This document shows, one piece after another, positions 49,501 to 61,630 of a stretch of 64,000 nucleotides of DNA. The notes below the pieces were generated by a model that was not told the origin of the DNA, did not search any database, and worked only from the letters and a program-made list of their open reading frames with translations. This DNA comes from Nemertoderma westbladi (taxonomy: Eukaryota; Animalia; Xenacoelomorpha). Where the stretch lies: contig JAUCBJ010007725.1 of the NCBI GenBank assembly GCA_032718475.1, forward strand, positions 122,569-186,568. Reading direction: 5' to 3'. The position numbers and the translations under genes were made by a program. Each line of letters starts with the position of its first letter. Position 1 is the first letter of the stretch.

Positions 49501-51092
49501 CACTGTACCTCCGTATATCGAAGTTAAACGATCGTACGCTAGTTCGAAAGCGTCCGGTACACCGACGAAAGTCTCCGCCAAACGTTTAGGTTCTCCTGAC
49601 AACGTTTGAAGCAGGTAATTGAACTTCTCCCGTGATGTAAAGGCGCACACGGCGATCTGGGATTCGATATAGTCTACGAAGGTATGCCAGTGTTTTGAGC
49701 TACCGGAGAACTTCGGTGGTTGTTGTACCGGCAATCCCTGTCTGGCTGCGAATTTCGCTATCTCCTCGGCAACGTTCAGAGTTTCGCGTCCTTGGTTGGT
49801 AGTCTGGTTGATGTTCTCCCTTCTTGGCGCTTTTCCCTGATACGATGTGGGGTTTGAAGGTACCGGTCTTTGTGGTTCCTTCGGGTGTCTATTGTGTTCG
49901 AATTCGGAATTTCTCGAACTGTCGGTGTAACCTTCCTCCAGACGTTCCTCGATCTGAGCCAACTTATTGACAACTGGTCGCAGAATGTCGGCGAACTGTT
50001 GTGTACTAATTGCGTCCGTTGGTTGTAACGCCTTCTGTGTTGGTGTATTCTGTGGAGGATTGTCTGCAAAGGAGTTGTCTGAACGCTCGCGTTTATATTC
50101 ATCGGCCGCCCCTGTTCTAAATACCTCGCGTTTCGGGTAATCCGATTCGCTCGAAGTACTACTATCATCCGGATATGGTGGTCGACGTGCTCGCGTTCGT
50201 TGCGTCGTTCGAATTCTAACGTTTCGCTTTGGAACATCGTCCACGGATCTCCGTTGTTCGGTAGGCTCACAAGTCTTCCTCGAAGTCGTAGATTGCGATG
50301 TAAACTGATTGAACGGTCGCGTATCCACTAGTCTCCGTTGTTCGGTAGGCTCACAAGTCTTCCTCGAAGTCGTAGATTGCGATGTAAACTGATTGAACGG
50401 TCGCGTATCCACTAGTCTCCGTTGTTCGGTAGGCTCACAAGTCTTCCTCGAAGTCGTAGATTGCGATGTAAACTGATTGAACGGTGTTCTTCCTCGGGCT
50501 GTAATAATTCGTCCGAAACTGACTCACCTAACAACTGGTCCGCTTGTTCCTGTTGTATCTGTCTAATCGTCGACTTAAACTGAATCAGTTTCTCTCTAGC
50601 GATCATTAGTTTCTCGAGGATTCTAAGTTGAGTATCCATGTCCTGTCTCTGTCTAGCTAGATCTTGTAGACCAATTAGGTTATCGACGGACTTGTGTACT
50701 CTACTTTGTACTCTAACCTGGAGGGTGTAGAACTCGAATCGAGACATCGGAGCGGTCAACTCGTCTAATATGCGATGACCTTCTCCAATACTCCTGGTTA
50801 TATGCGCCATATATCCTCCGACGCTTCTAACCACACTTTCTGTGCTTCCTGCTGAACTTACCATTTCCGTTTCCCTATATCTAGGTTGCGGAACAGTTAG
50901 AAAGTCCTCGGTCCTGCCGTCGCCTCGTACTACGGCATCCGGTACTCCCGTTGGATGTACTGGTGACGCACACGGTGTAGGTTCGGTAGGCTCGCGAGTC
51001 TTCCCCTGTTGTTCCTCCGCTGCTGACTTATCCGCGTCACACGAGTCATAGTCGGTAGGTGTATTCTTCATATAGTCTTGTTTGTCACTCAT
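43566..51092 (-). pseudogene. Disrupted Gag-Pol of BEL copy 2
   Basis: ~1.2-kb gag deletion at 50484/50485 (copy-1 equivalent ~28492-29701), frameshifting deletion near 48100, and premature TAA at 47324-47322. RT-RH-IN remains open at 43566-47282. Confidence 0.9.
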
Positions 51093-51890
51093 TTCGGTAG
51101 TTGTAAGTCAAGTAAAGTGAGTGTCAAAGTATCGAGTTTACCGTATTTATATCTAAACGGTACTAATTACAGTCTTATAAAATTAGCCTACCGGCCGATT
51201 TTATAGCAGATGGATAAAATTAGCCTAAACGGCCAATTTTACAGCAAATAAATGTCACGGAATAAGTATATAATAAAATTAGCCTAGCGGCCAATTTTAT
51301 AACAAATAAATCGGATAACGATATGCGTTATCAAAAGGTAAATTAAATACAATAATACGGACTAATTCAGCAATGAACAAAGAAATCATACGGAATGCAT
51401 AAATACTTGAGACAGTGGAACCCACAATAATTTTAACTAATACGGTAATGCCTAACTTATTTATGCAACTTTTCGAACTCACCCACTCCAATAATTCTCC
51501 AGAAAAACAGATTCCCAGATACAAACCGAACGTGAACCTTTCCGTTTTTTAACGTTGCGGACGAAACGCGATTTTCCCAACCAAAGTTGTTGAGTTATCT
51601 ATCTCCCAAACTTGCCAAACACGGTCTTGCTCCCGTTACAGTCTAGAAATGAGTTCTGAATCCTGAAAAAACAAAAGAGTTAGGTTTTACTTTACGAAAA
51701 TTTTGTACCGGTACAATATGGTATTTAAACCCTTTTAAACACCGGTATTCAATTCCAAAAATTTTTTACACGCGGTTCAAATCAAATTTTATTTCAAAAA
51801 ATTAGCATTTAGCTAATCAAATACGAATTTTACCTCAAAATACAAAATTTTCAAATAACTTTAGTCCTACTGAACCGTAGTTCAGTAAAA

Positions 51891-51901
51891 CACATTCCTA
51901 C
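51891..51901 (-). promoter_or_regulatory. Putative PBS GTAGGAATGTG (non-tRNA type), copy 2
   Basis: Abuts the 5' LTR and is complementary to LTR positions 52928-52938. Confidence 0.7.
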
Positions 51902-53810
51902 TATTGGAAGAGACGGTAACAATACCTGCAATATCCTACTGTAAAGTTTGTAAATCAAATCATAAATCCGACCTTCTCACCAAAACAGTAAACTCTAAGT
52001 AAGCGAATATATTGCAGTATCGATCTCTTATAACCGGTGAGGCAGAAAACAGTCTACGAGCAGACAAACTTCGATAAAACAAATCCCGCGCAGCGAATCC
52101 TAAAATCAGGCTGACTCACTGACGGACTAAGGGCTCGTATACTTTGCCGCGGTGTGATTTATATGGTTGGGCGAAGAGACGCTAGCTAGGTACAGGCAGA
52201 GATTTGGAGATGTCTAACTAGCGGGCAAAGCACAGTACGGACAAAGTTAATTTTATATATTTCGAGGTGTAAATAATTTCTAACGCGCGTGTTAATTCTG
52301 AACGGTCAAAACAGTTTTTGCTCCTTCACATATATAATTACTGGGTACGGTGTGCATTTACGAATATTCTAATTTTGTAACTTGTAGGTCCAATACTCAC
52401 GAATGATAAGGTTCCTTCCCCTCTTGCGTATTTCCAGGACTCAAATTCAGGCATAAGGTTAATACTACGCCCAGAATTCGGCAATTTTAGGTACCAGGTC
52501 CCTGATACTAAGAAGAGATGTGTTAGTTTACTACTGTAGGCGTACAGGTACTAATAGCTATCCTGGCTCCTATCTAGAATTTTAGTCACCCAGGTAGTCC
52601 GGGTAACTTCCTATTAGGGCGTTGGCGGGGACACGGTAGATGTTAGTATATCCCTGATAGCCTCAATTTATTTGCGCCTAGTGTAAACTGCCCTACCGCC
52701 TGAACGGTACAATCCCAATTCAGGTGAAAACACAGCAACCCCCTAACCTACAAGTTCTGATGTAATGGACACTGTCGTACTGCAAATAGTCGCAAACACA
52801 CCTGTACTTAGCAAGAGTTAAGCGTACAGTTTGCTGCACCCTAACCAATGTGTATGCCTTGTACCGGTGTGCCTACGTCCTATCTGCGTACTAGTATCTG
52901 CCTGCGCTCTCTCTCCCCCCCCCCCCCGTAGGAATGTGAAGGTCTACTGTGGGTTTTCCTGAATCAAGACAGTACAGTCCCTATGATGTAATTTTGGGCT
53001 TACAGCGTGTCACTACGTCTACCTTTTGATCTTTTGGTCTTACACTTAGGTAGCAAGGATCGAACGCTGTCTAACCTTTCAGGCGATGGGCGAATAACTC
53101 TAGATGGTATTGCGGGTCGTCTCTCGTCTACATTCCCGTGATGTTCCCGTTCATTGCTGCGGCCCGATCTCTAGCCGGCCATCCTGTCCCTGAGTTTGTT
53201 CACCGTAGTGAATCCATGGTAAAACAGATAGAAAAGCTGAGAGAATATTCTGACTTTATTACAGAAGATACAATTATAATACAATGTAATCTGAGAATAA
53301 ACTAAGCACGACAGAATATTGACAAGATAATGATATAGGATATTGTATAAGAAGTTTGTGTAAGTGTGATAACTAATGAACGAAATCGCACCTTTATATA
53401 CTAAATTTGTGCCGCAATCAATCGAGAAAATTCTCGATTGTTCTATAGATTCTAACAAGGTTTTAAAGATAGCTATTGGTCCAGCTAATATATAACTTGC
53501 ACGACATTGGTTACAATCAAATAACTACAGCCTCATTGGTACAGACAAATGCAATTAATTTGTAGCGGTTAATTTAAATGAGTTGAAATTCTACACAAAA
53601 AATAATTCGCACTTACTAGGATTTGAACTCAATACCTACTACACATATAATTTCCAACGCTCTACCAACTGAGCTACTGAACCACTTGACCGATAGATGT
53701 ACAAATGATAGAACCAATACGAATGAGAACTCAAGGCAATCTTTACAAAGTTAATTCGAATAAAAATAAAATTTTGAAAATCCACGGCATTTAGGGAATA
53801 TAATTCTATA
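51902..53810 (-). repeat. 5' LTR of BEL copy 2 (1909 bp)
   Basis: Direct repeat of 38495-40401. Confidence 0.95.
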
Positions 53811-56800
53811 GCCTTAGTTGTACTAAATAAAATATAGTTCGCCGTAGTTGTACTTAATAAAATATAGTTCGCCTTAGTTGTAATAAATAAAATATAGTTC
53901 GCCTTAGTTTTACTAAATAAAATATAGTTCGCCTTAGTTGTACTAAATAAAATATAGTTCGCCTTAGTTGTAATAAATAAAATATAGTTCGCCTTAGTTG
54001 TACTAAATAAAATATAGTTCGCCGTAGTTGTACTTAATAAAATATAGTTCGCCTTAGTTGTACTAAATAAAATATAGTTCGCCGTAGTTGTACTTAATAA
54101 AATATAGTTCGCCTTAGTTGTAATAAATAAAATATAGTTCGCCTTAGTTGTACTAAATAAAATATAGTTCGCCTTAGTTGTAATAAATAAAATATAGTTC
54201 GCCTTAGTTGTAATAAATAAAATAAAGTTCGCCTTAGTTGTACTAAATAAAATATAGTTCGCCGTAGTTGTACTTAATAAAATATAGTTCGCCTTAGTTG
54301 TAATAAATAAAATATAGTTCGCCTTAGTTGTAATAAATAAAATATAGTTCGCCTTAGTTGTACTAAATAAAATATAGTTCGCCTTAGTTGTAATAAATAA
54401 AATATAGTTCGCCTTAGTTGTAATAAATAAAATAAAGTTCGCCTTAGTTGTACTAAATAAAATATAGTTCGCCTTAGTTGTAATAAATAAAATATAGTTC
54501 GCCTTAGTTGTACTAAATAAAATATAGTTCGCCGTAGTTGTACTTAATAAAATATAGTTCGCCGTAGTTGTACTTAATAAAATATAGTTCGCCGTAGTTG
54601 TACTTAATAAAATATAGTTCGTCGTAGTTGTACTAAATAAAATATAGTTCGCCTTAGTTGTAATAAATAAAATATAGTTCGCCTTAGTTGTAATAAATAA
54701 AATATAGTTCGCCTTAGTTTTACTAAATAAAATATAGTTCGCCTTAGTTGTACTTAATAAAATATAGTTCGCCTTAGTTGTAATAAATAAAATATAGTTC
54801 GCCTTAGTTTTACTAAATTAAATATAGTTCGCCTTAGTTGTAATAAATAAAATATAGTTCGCCTTAGTTGTAATAAATAAAATATAGTTCGCCTTAGTTG
54901 TAATAAATAAAATATAGTTCGCCTTAGTTTTACTAAATAAAATATAGTTCGCCGTAGTTTTACTAAATAAAATATAGTTCGCCTTAGTTTTACTAAATAA
55001 AATATAGTTCGCCTTAGTTGTACTAAATAAAATATAGTTCGCCTTAGTTGTACTAAATAAAATATAGTTCGCCTTAGTTGTAATAAATAAAATATAGTTC
55101 GCCTTAGTTGTACTAAATAAAATATAGTTCGCCGTAGTTGTACTAAATAAAATATAGTTCGCCGTAGTTGTACTTAATAAAATATAGTTCGCCTTAGTTT
55201 TACTAAATAAAATATAGTTCGCCGTAGTTGTACTTAATAAAATATAGTTCGTCGTAGTTGTACTAAATAAAATATAGTTCGGCTTAGTTTTACTAAATAA
55301 AATATAGTTCGCCTTAGTTGTACTTAATAAAATATAGTTCGCCTTAGTTGTAATAAATAAAATATAGTTCGCCTTAGTTGTAATAAATAAAATATAGTTC
55401 GCCTTAGTTTTACTAAATAAAATATAGTTCGCCTTAGTTGTACTTAATAAAATATAGTTCGCCTTAGTTGTACTAAATAAAATATAGTTCGCCTTAGTTG
55501 TAATAAATAAAATATAGTTCGTCTTAGTTGAACTAAATAAAATATAGTTCGCAGTAGTTGTAATAAATAAAATATAGTTCGCCTTAGTTTTACTAAATAA
55601 AATATAGTTCGCCTTAGTTGTACTAAATAAAATATAGTTCGCCTTAGTTGTAATAAATAAAATATAGTTCGCCTTAGTTGTAATAAATAAAATATAGTTC
55701 GCCTTAGTTGTACTTAATAAAATATAGTTCGCCTTAGTTTTACTAAATAAAATATAGTTCGCCTTAGTTGTACTAAATAAAATATAGTTCGCCTTAGTTG
55801 TACTAAATAAAATATAGTTCGCCTTAGTTGTAATAAATAAAATATAGTTCGCCTTAGTTGTAATAAATAAAATATAGTTCGCCTTAGTTGTACTAAATAA
55901 AATATAGTTCGCCTTAGTTGTAATAAATAAAATATAGTTCGCCTTAGTTGTAATAAATAAAATATAGTTCGCCTTAGTTTTACTAAATAAAATATAGTTC
56001 GCCTTAGTTGTACTTAATAAAATATAGTTCGCCTTAGTTGTACTAAATAAAATATAGTTCGCCTTAGTTGTAATAAATAAAATATAGTTCGCCTTAGTTG
56101 TAATAAATAAAATATAGTTCGCCTTAGTTGTACTAAATAAAATATAGTTCGCCTTAGTTGTAATAAATAAAATATAGTTCGCCTTAGTTGTACTAAATAA
56201 AATATAGTTCGCCTTAGTTGTAATAAATAAAATATAGTTCGCCTTAGTTGTAATAAATAAAATATAGTTCGCCTTAGTTGTACTTAATAAAATATAGTTC
56301 GCCTTAGTTGTACTAAATAAAATATAGTTCGCCGTAGTTGTACTAAATAAAATATAGTTCGCCGTAGTTGTACTTAATAAAATATAGTTCGCCTTAGTTT
56401 TACTAAATAAAATATAGTTCGCCGTAGTTGTACTTAATAAAATATAGTTCGTCGTAGTTGTACTAAATAAAATATAGTTCGGCTTAGTTTTACTAAATAA
56501 AATATAGTTCGCCTTAGTTGTACTTAATAAAATATAGTTCGCCTTAGTTGTAATAAATAAAATATAGTTCGCCTTAGTTGTAATAAATAAAATATAGTTC
56601 GCCTTAGTTTTACTAAATAAAATATAGTTCGCCTTAGTTGTACTTAATAAAATATAGTTCGCCTTAGTTGTACTAAATAAAATATAGTTCGCCTTAGTTG
56701 TAATAAATAAAATATAGTTCGTCTTAGTTGAACTAAATAAAATATAGTTCGCAGTAGTTGTAATAAATAAAATATAGTTCGCCTTAGTTTTACTAAATAA

Positions 56801-59800
56801 AATATAGTTCGCCTTAGTTGTACTAAATAAAATATAGTTCGCCTTAGTTGTAATAAATAAAATATAGTTCGCCTTAGTTGTAATAAATAAAATATAGTTC
56901 GCCGTAGTTTTACTAAATAAAATATAGTTCGCCTTAGTTTTACTAAATAAAATATAGTTCGCCTTAGTTGTACTAAATAAAATATAGTTCGCCTTAGTTG
57001 TACTAAATAAAATATAGTTCGCCTTAGTTGTAATAAATAAAATATAGTTCGCCTTAGTTGTACTAAATAAAATATAGTTCGCCTTAGTTGTACTAAATAA
57101 AATATAGTTCGTCTTAGTTGTACTAAATAAAATATAGTTCGCCGTAGTTGTACTTAATAAAATATAGTTCGCCGTAGTTTTACTAAATAAAATATAGTTC
57201 GCCTTAGTTGTACTAAATAAAATATAGTTCGCCTTAGTTGTACTAAATAAAATATAGTTCGCCTTAGTTGTACTAAATAAAATATAGTTCGTCTTAGTTG
57301 TACTAAATAAAATATAGTTCGCCGTAGTTGTACTTAATAAAATATAGTTCGCCGTAGTTGTACTAAATAAAATATAGTTCGTCTTAGTTGTACTAAATAA
57401 AATATAGTTCGCCGTAGTTGTACTTAATAAAATATAGTTCGCCTTAGTTGTAATAAATAAAATATAGTTCGCCTTAGTTGTAATAAATAAAATATAGTTC
57501 GCCTTAGTTGTAATAAATAAAATATAGTTCGCCTTAGTTGTACTAAATAAAATATAGTTCGCCGTAGTTGTACTTAATAAAATATAGTTCGCCTTAGTTG
57601 TAATAAATAAAATATAGTTCGCCTTAGTTGTAATAAATAAAATATAGTTCGCCTTAGTTGTACTAAATAAAATATAGTTCGCCTTAGTTGTAATAAATAA
57701 AATAAAGTTCGCCTTAGTTGTACTAAATAAAATATAGTTCGCCTTAGTTGTACTTAATAAAATATAGTTCGCCTTAGTTGTAATAAATAAAATATAGTTC
57801 GCCTTAGTTGTAATAAATAAAATATAGTTCGCCTTAGTTGTACTAAATAAAATATAGTTCGCCTTAGTTGTAATAAATAAAATAAAGTTCGCCTTAGATA
57901 TACTAAATAAAATATAGTTCGCCTTAGATATACTAAATAAAATATAGTTCGCCTTAGATATACTAAATAAAATATAGTTCGCCTTAGTTTTACTAAATAA
58001 AATATAGTTCGCCTTAGTTGTAATAAATAAAATATAGTTCGCCTTAGTTTTACTAAATAAAATATAGTTCGCCTTAGTTGTACTTAATAAAATATAGTTC
58101 GCCTTAGTTGTAATAAATAAAATATAGTTCGCCTTAGTTGTACTAAATAAAATATAGTTCGCCGTAGTTGTACTTAATAAAATATAGTTCGCCTTAGTTG
58201 TAATAAATAAAATATAGTTCGCCTTAGTTGTAATAAATAAAATATAGTTCGCCTTAGTTGTACTAAATAAAATATAGTTCGCCTTAGTTGTAATAAATAA
58301 AATAAAGTTCGCCTTAGTTGTACTAAATAAAATATAGTTCGCCTTAGTTGTAATAAATAAAATATAGTTCGCCTTAGTTGTACTAAATAAAATATAGTTC
58401 GCCGTAGTTGTAATAAATAAAATATAGTTCGCCGTAGTTGTACTAAATAAAATATAGTTCGCCTTAGTTGTACTAAATAAAATATAGTTCGCCTTAGTTG
58501 TACTAAATAAAATATAGTTCGCCTTAGTTTTACTAAATAAAATATAGTTCGCCTTAGTTGTACTTAATAAAATATAGTTCGCCTTAGTTGTACTAAATAA
58601 AATATAGTTCGCCGTAGTTGTACTTAATAAAATATAGTTCGCCTTAGTTGTACTAAATAAAATATAGTTCGCCGTAGTTGTACTTAATAAAATATAGTTC
58701 GCCTTAGTTGTACTAAATAAAATATAGTTCGCCTTAGTTGTACTAAATAAAATATAGTTCGCCTTAGTTGTACTTAATAAAATATAGTTCGCCTTAGTTG
58801 TACTAAATAAAATATAGTTCGCCTTAGTTGTACTTAATAAAATATAGTTCGCCTTAGTTGTACTAAATAAAATATAGTTCGCCGTAGTTGTACTTAATAA
58901 AATATAGTTCGTCGTAGTTGTACTAAATAAAATATAGTTCGCCTTAGTTGTACTAAATAAAATATAGTTCGCCTTAGTTGTACTTAATAAAATATAGTTC
59001 GCCTTAGTTGTACTAAATAAAATATAGTTCGCCGTAGTTGTACTTAATAAAATATAGTTCGCCTTAGTTGTACTAAATAAAATATAGTTCGCCGTAGTTG
59101 TACTTAATAAAATATAGTTCGCCTTAGTTGTACTAAATAAAATATAGTTCGCCTTAGTTGTACTAAATAAAATATAGTTCGCCTTAGTTGTACTTAATAA
59201 AATATAGTTCGCCTTAGTTGTACTAAATAAAATATAGTTCGCCTTAGTTGTACTTAATAAAATATAGTTCGCCTTAGTTGTACTTAATAAAATATAGTTC
59301 GCCTTAGTTGTACTAAATAAAATATAGTTCGCCGTAGTTGTACTTAATAAAATATAGTTCGCCTTAGTTGTACTAAATAAAATATAGTTCGCCGTAGTTG
59401 TACTTAATAAAATATAGTTCGCCTTAGTTGTACTAAATAAAATATAGTTCGCCTTAGTTGTACTAAATAAAATATAGTTCGCCTTAGTTGTACTTAATAA
59501 AATATAGTTCGCCTTAGTTGTACTAAATAAAATATAGTTCGCCTTAGTTGTACTTAATAAAATATAGTTCGCCTTAGTTGTACTAAATAAAATATAGTTC
59601 GCCGTAGTTGTACTTAATAAAATATAGTTCGTCGTAGTTGTACTAAATAAAATATAGTTCGCCTTAGTTGTACTAAATAAAATATAGTTCGCCTTAGTTG
59701 TACTTAATAAAATATAGTTCGCCTTAGTTGTACTAAATAAAATATAGTTCGCCTTAGTTGTACTAAATAAAATATAGTTCGCCTTAGTTGTACTTAATAA

Positions 59801-61630
59801 AATATAGTTCGCCTTAGTTGTACTAAATAAAATATAGTTCGCCTTAGTTGTACTAAATAAAATATAGTTCGCCTTAGTTGTAATAAATAAAATATAGTTC
59901 GCCGTAGTTGTACTTAATAAAATATAGTTCGTCGTAGTTGTACTAAATAAAATATAGTTCGCCTTAGTTTTACTAAATAAAATATAGTTCGCCTTAGTTG
60001 TACTAAATAAAATATAGTTCGCCGTAGTTGTACTTAATAAAATATAGTTCGCCTTAGTTGTAATAAATAAAATATAGTTCGCCTTAGTTGTAATAAATAA
60101 AATATAGTTCGCCTTAGTTGTACTAAATAAAATATAGTTCGCCTTAGTTGTAATAAATAAAATAAAGTTCGCCTTAGTTGTACTAAATAAAATATAGTTC
60201 GCCTTAGTTGTAATAAATAAAATATAGTTCGCCTTAGTTGTACTAAATAAAATATAGTTCGCCGTAGTTGTACTTAATAAAATATAGTTCGCCTTAGTTG
60301 TACTAAATAAAATATAGTTCGCCGTAGTTGTACTTAATAAAATATAGTTCGTCGTAGTTGTACTAAATAAAATATAGTTCGCCTTAGTTTTTCTAAATAA
60401 AATATAGTTCGCCTTAGTTGTAATAAATAAAATATAGTTCGCCTTAGTTGTAATAAATAAAATATAGTTCGCCGTAGTTTTACTAAATAAAATATAGTTC
60501 GCCTTAGTTTTACTAAATAAAATATAGTTCGTCTTAGTTTTACTTAATAAAATATAGTTCGCCTTAGTTGTACTTAATAAAATATAGTTCGCCTTAGTTG
60601 TACTAAATAAAATATAGTTCGCCTTAGTTGTAATAAATAAAATATAGTTCGCCTTAATTGTAATAAATAAAATATAGTTCGCCGTAGTTTTACTAAATAA
60701 AATATAGTTCGCCTTAGTTTTACTAAATAAAATATAGTTCGTCTTAGTTTTACTAAATAAAATATAGTTCGCCTTAGTTGTACTAAATAAAATATAGTTC
60801 GCCTTAGTTGTAATAAATAAAATAAAGTTCGCCTTAGTTGTACTAAATAAAATATAGTTCGCCTTAGTTGTAATAAATAAAATATAGTTCGCCTTAGTTG
60901 TACTTAATAAAATATAGTTCGCCGTAGTTGTACTTAATAAAATATAGTTCGCCTTAGTTGTAATAAATAAAATATAGTTCGCCTTAGTTTTACTAAATAA
61001 AATATAGTTCGCCTTAGTTGTACTAAATAAAATATAGTTCGCCTTAGTTGTAATAAATAAAATATAGTTCGCCTTAGTTGTACTAAATAAAATATAGTTC
61101 GCCGTAGTTGTACTTAATAAAATATAGTTCGCCTTAGTTGTACTAAATAAAATATAGTTCGCCGTAGTTGTACTTAATAAAATATAGTTCGCCTTAGTTG
61201 TAATAAATAAAATATAGTTCGCCTTAGTTGTACTAAATAAAATATAGTTCGCCTTAGTTGTAATAAATAAAATATAGTTCGCCTTAGTTGTACTAAATAA
61301 AATATAGTTCGCCTTAGTTTTACTAAATAAAATATAGTTCGTCTTAGTTTTACTAAATAAAATATAGTTCGCCTTAGTTGTACTAAATAAAATATAGTTC
61401 GCCTTAGTTGTAATAAATAAAATATAGTTCGCCTTAGTTGTACTAAATAAAATATAGTTCGCCTTAGTTTTACTAAATAAAATATAGTTCGCCGTAGTTG
61501 TACTTAATAAAATATAGTTCGCCTTAGTTGTACTAAATAAAATATAGTTCGCCGTAGTTGTACTTAATAAAATATAGTTCGCCTTAGTTGTAATAAATAA
61601 AATATAGTTCGCCTTAGTTGTACTAAATAA
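53811..61630. repeat. 30-bp satellite, segment 4 (~260 units)
   Basis: Same monomer. The rare ggctt variant at 55281 and 56481 marks a 1200-bp duplication. Confidence 0.97.

Larger units (their letters stand above)
38495..53810 (-). mobile_element. Full-length BEL/Pao LTR retrotransposon, copy 2 (15.3 kb, defective gag-pol), 5-bp TSD GCCTT
   Basis: LTRs at 38495-40401 and 51902-53810. TSD gcctt at 38490-38494 and 53811-53815. Colinear with copy 1. Confidence 0.96.

Noticed and set aside
16494-53810. Copy 2 as a segmental duplicate of copy 1 made by satellite recombination
   Set aside because: The TSDs and LTR ends differ, and each element's two LTRs match each other far better than they match the other copy.
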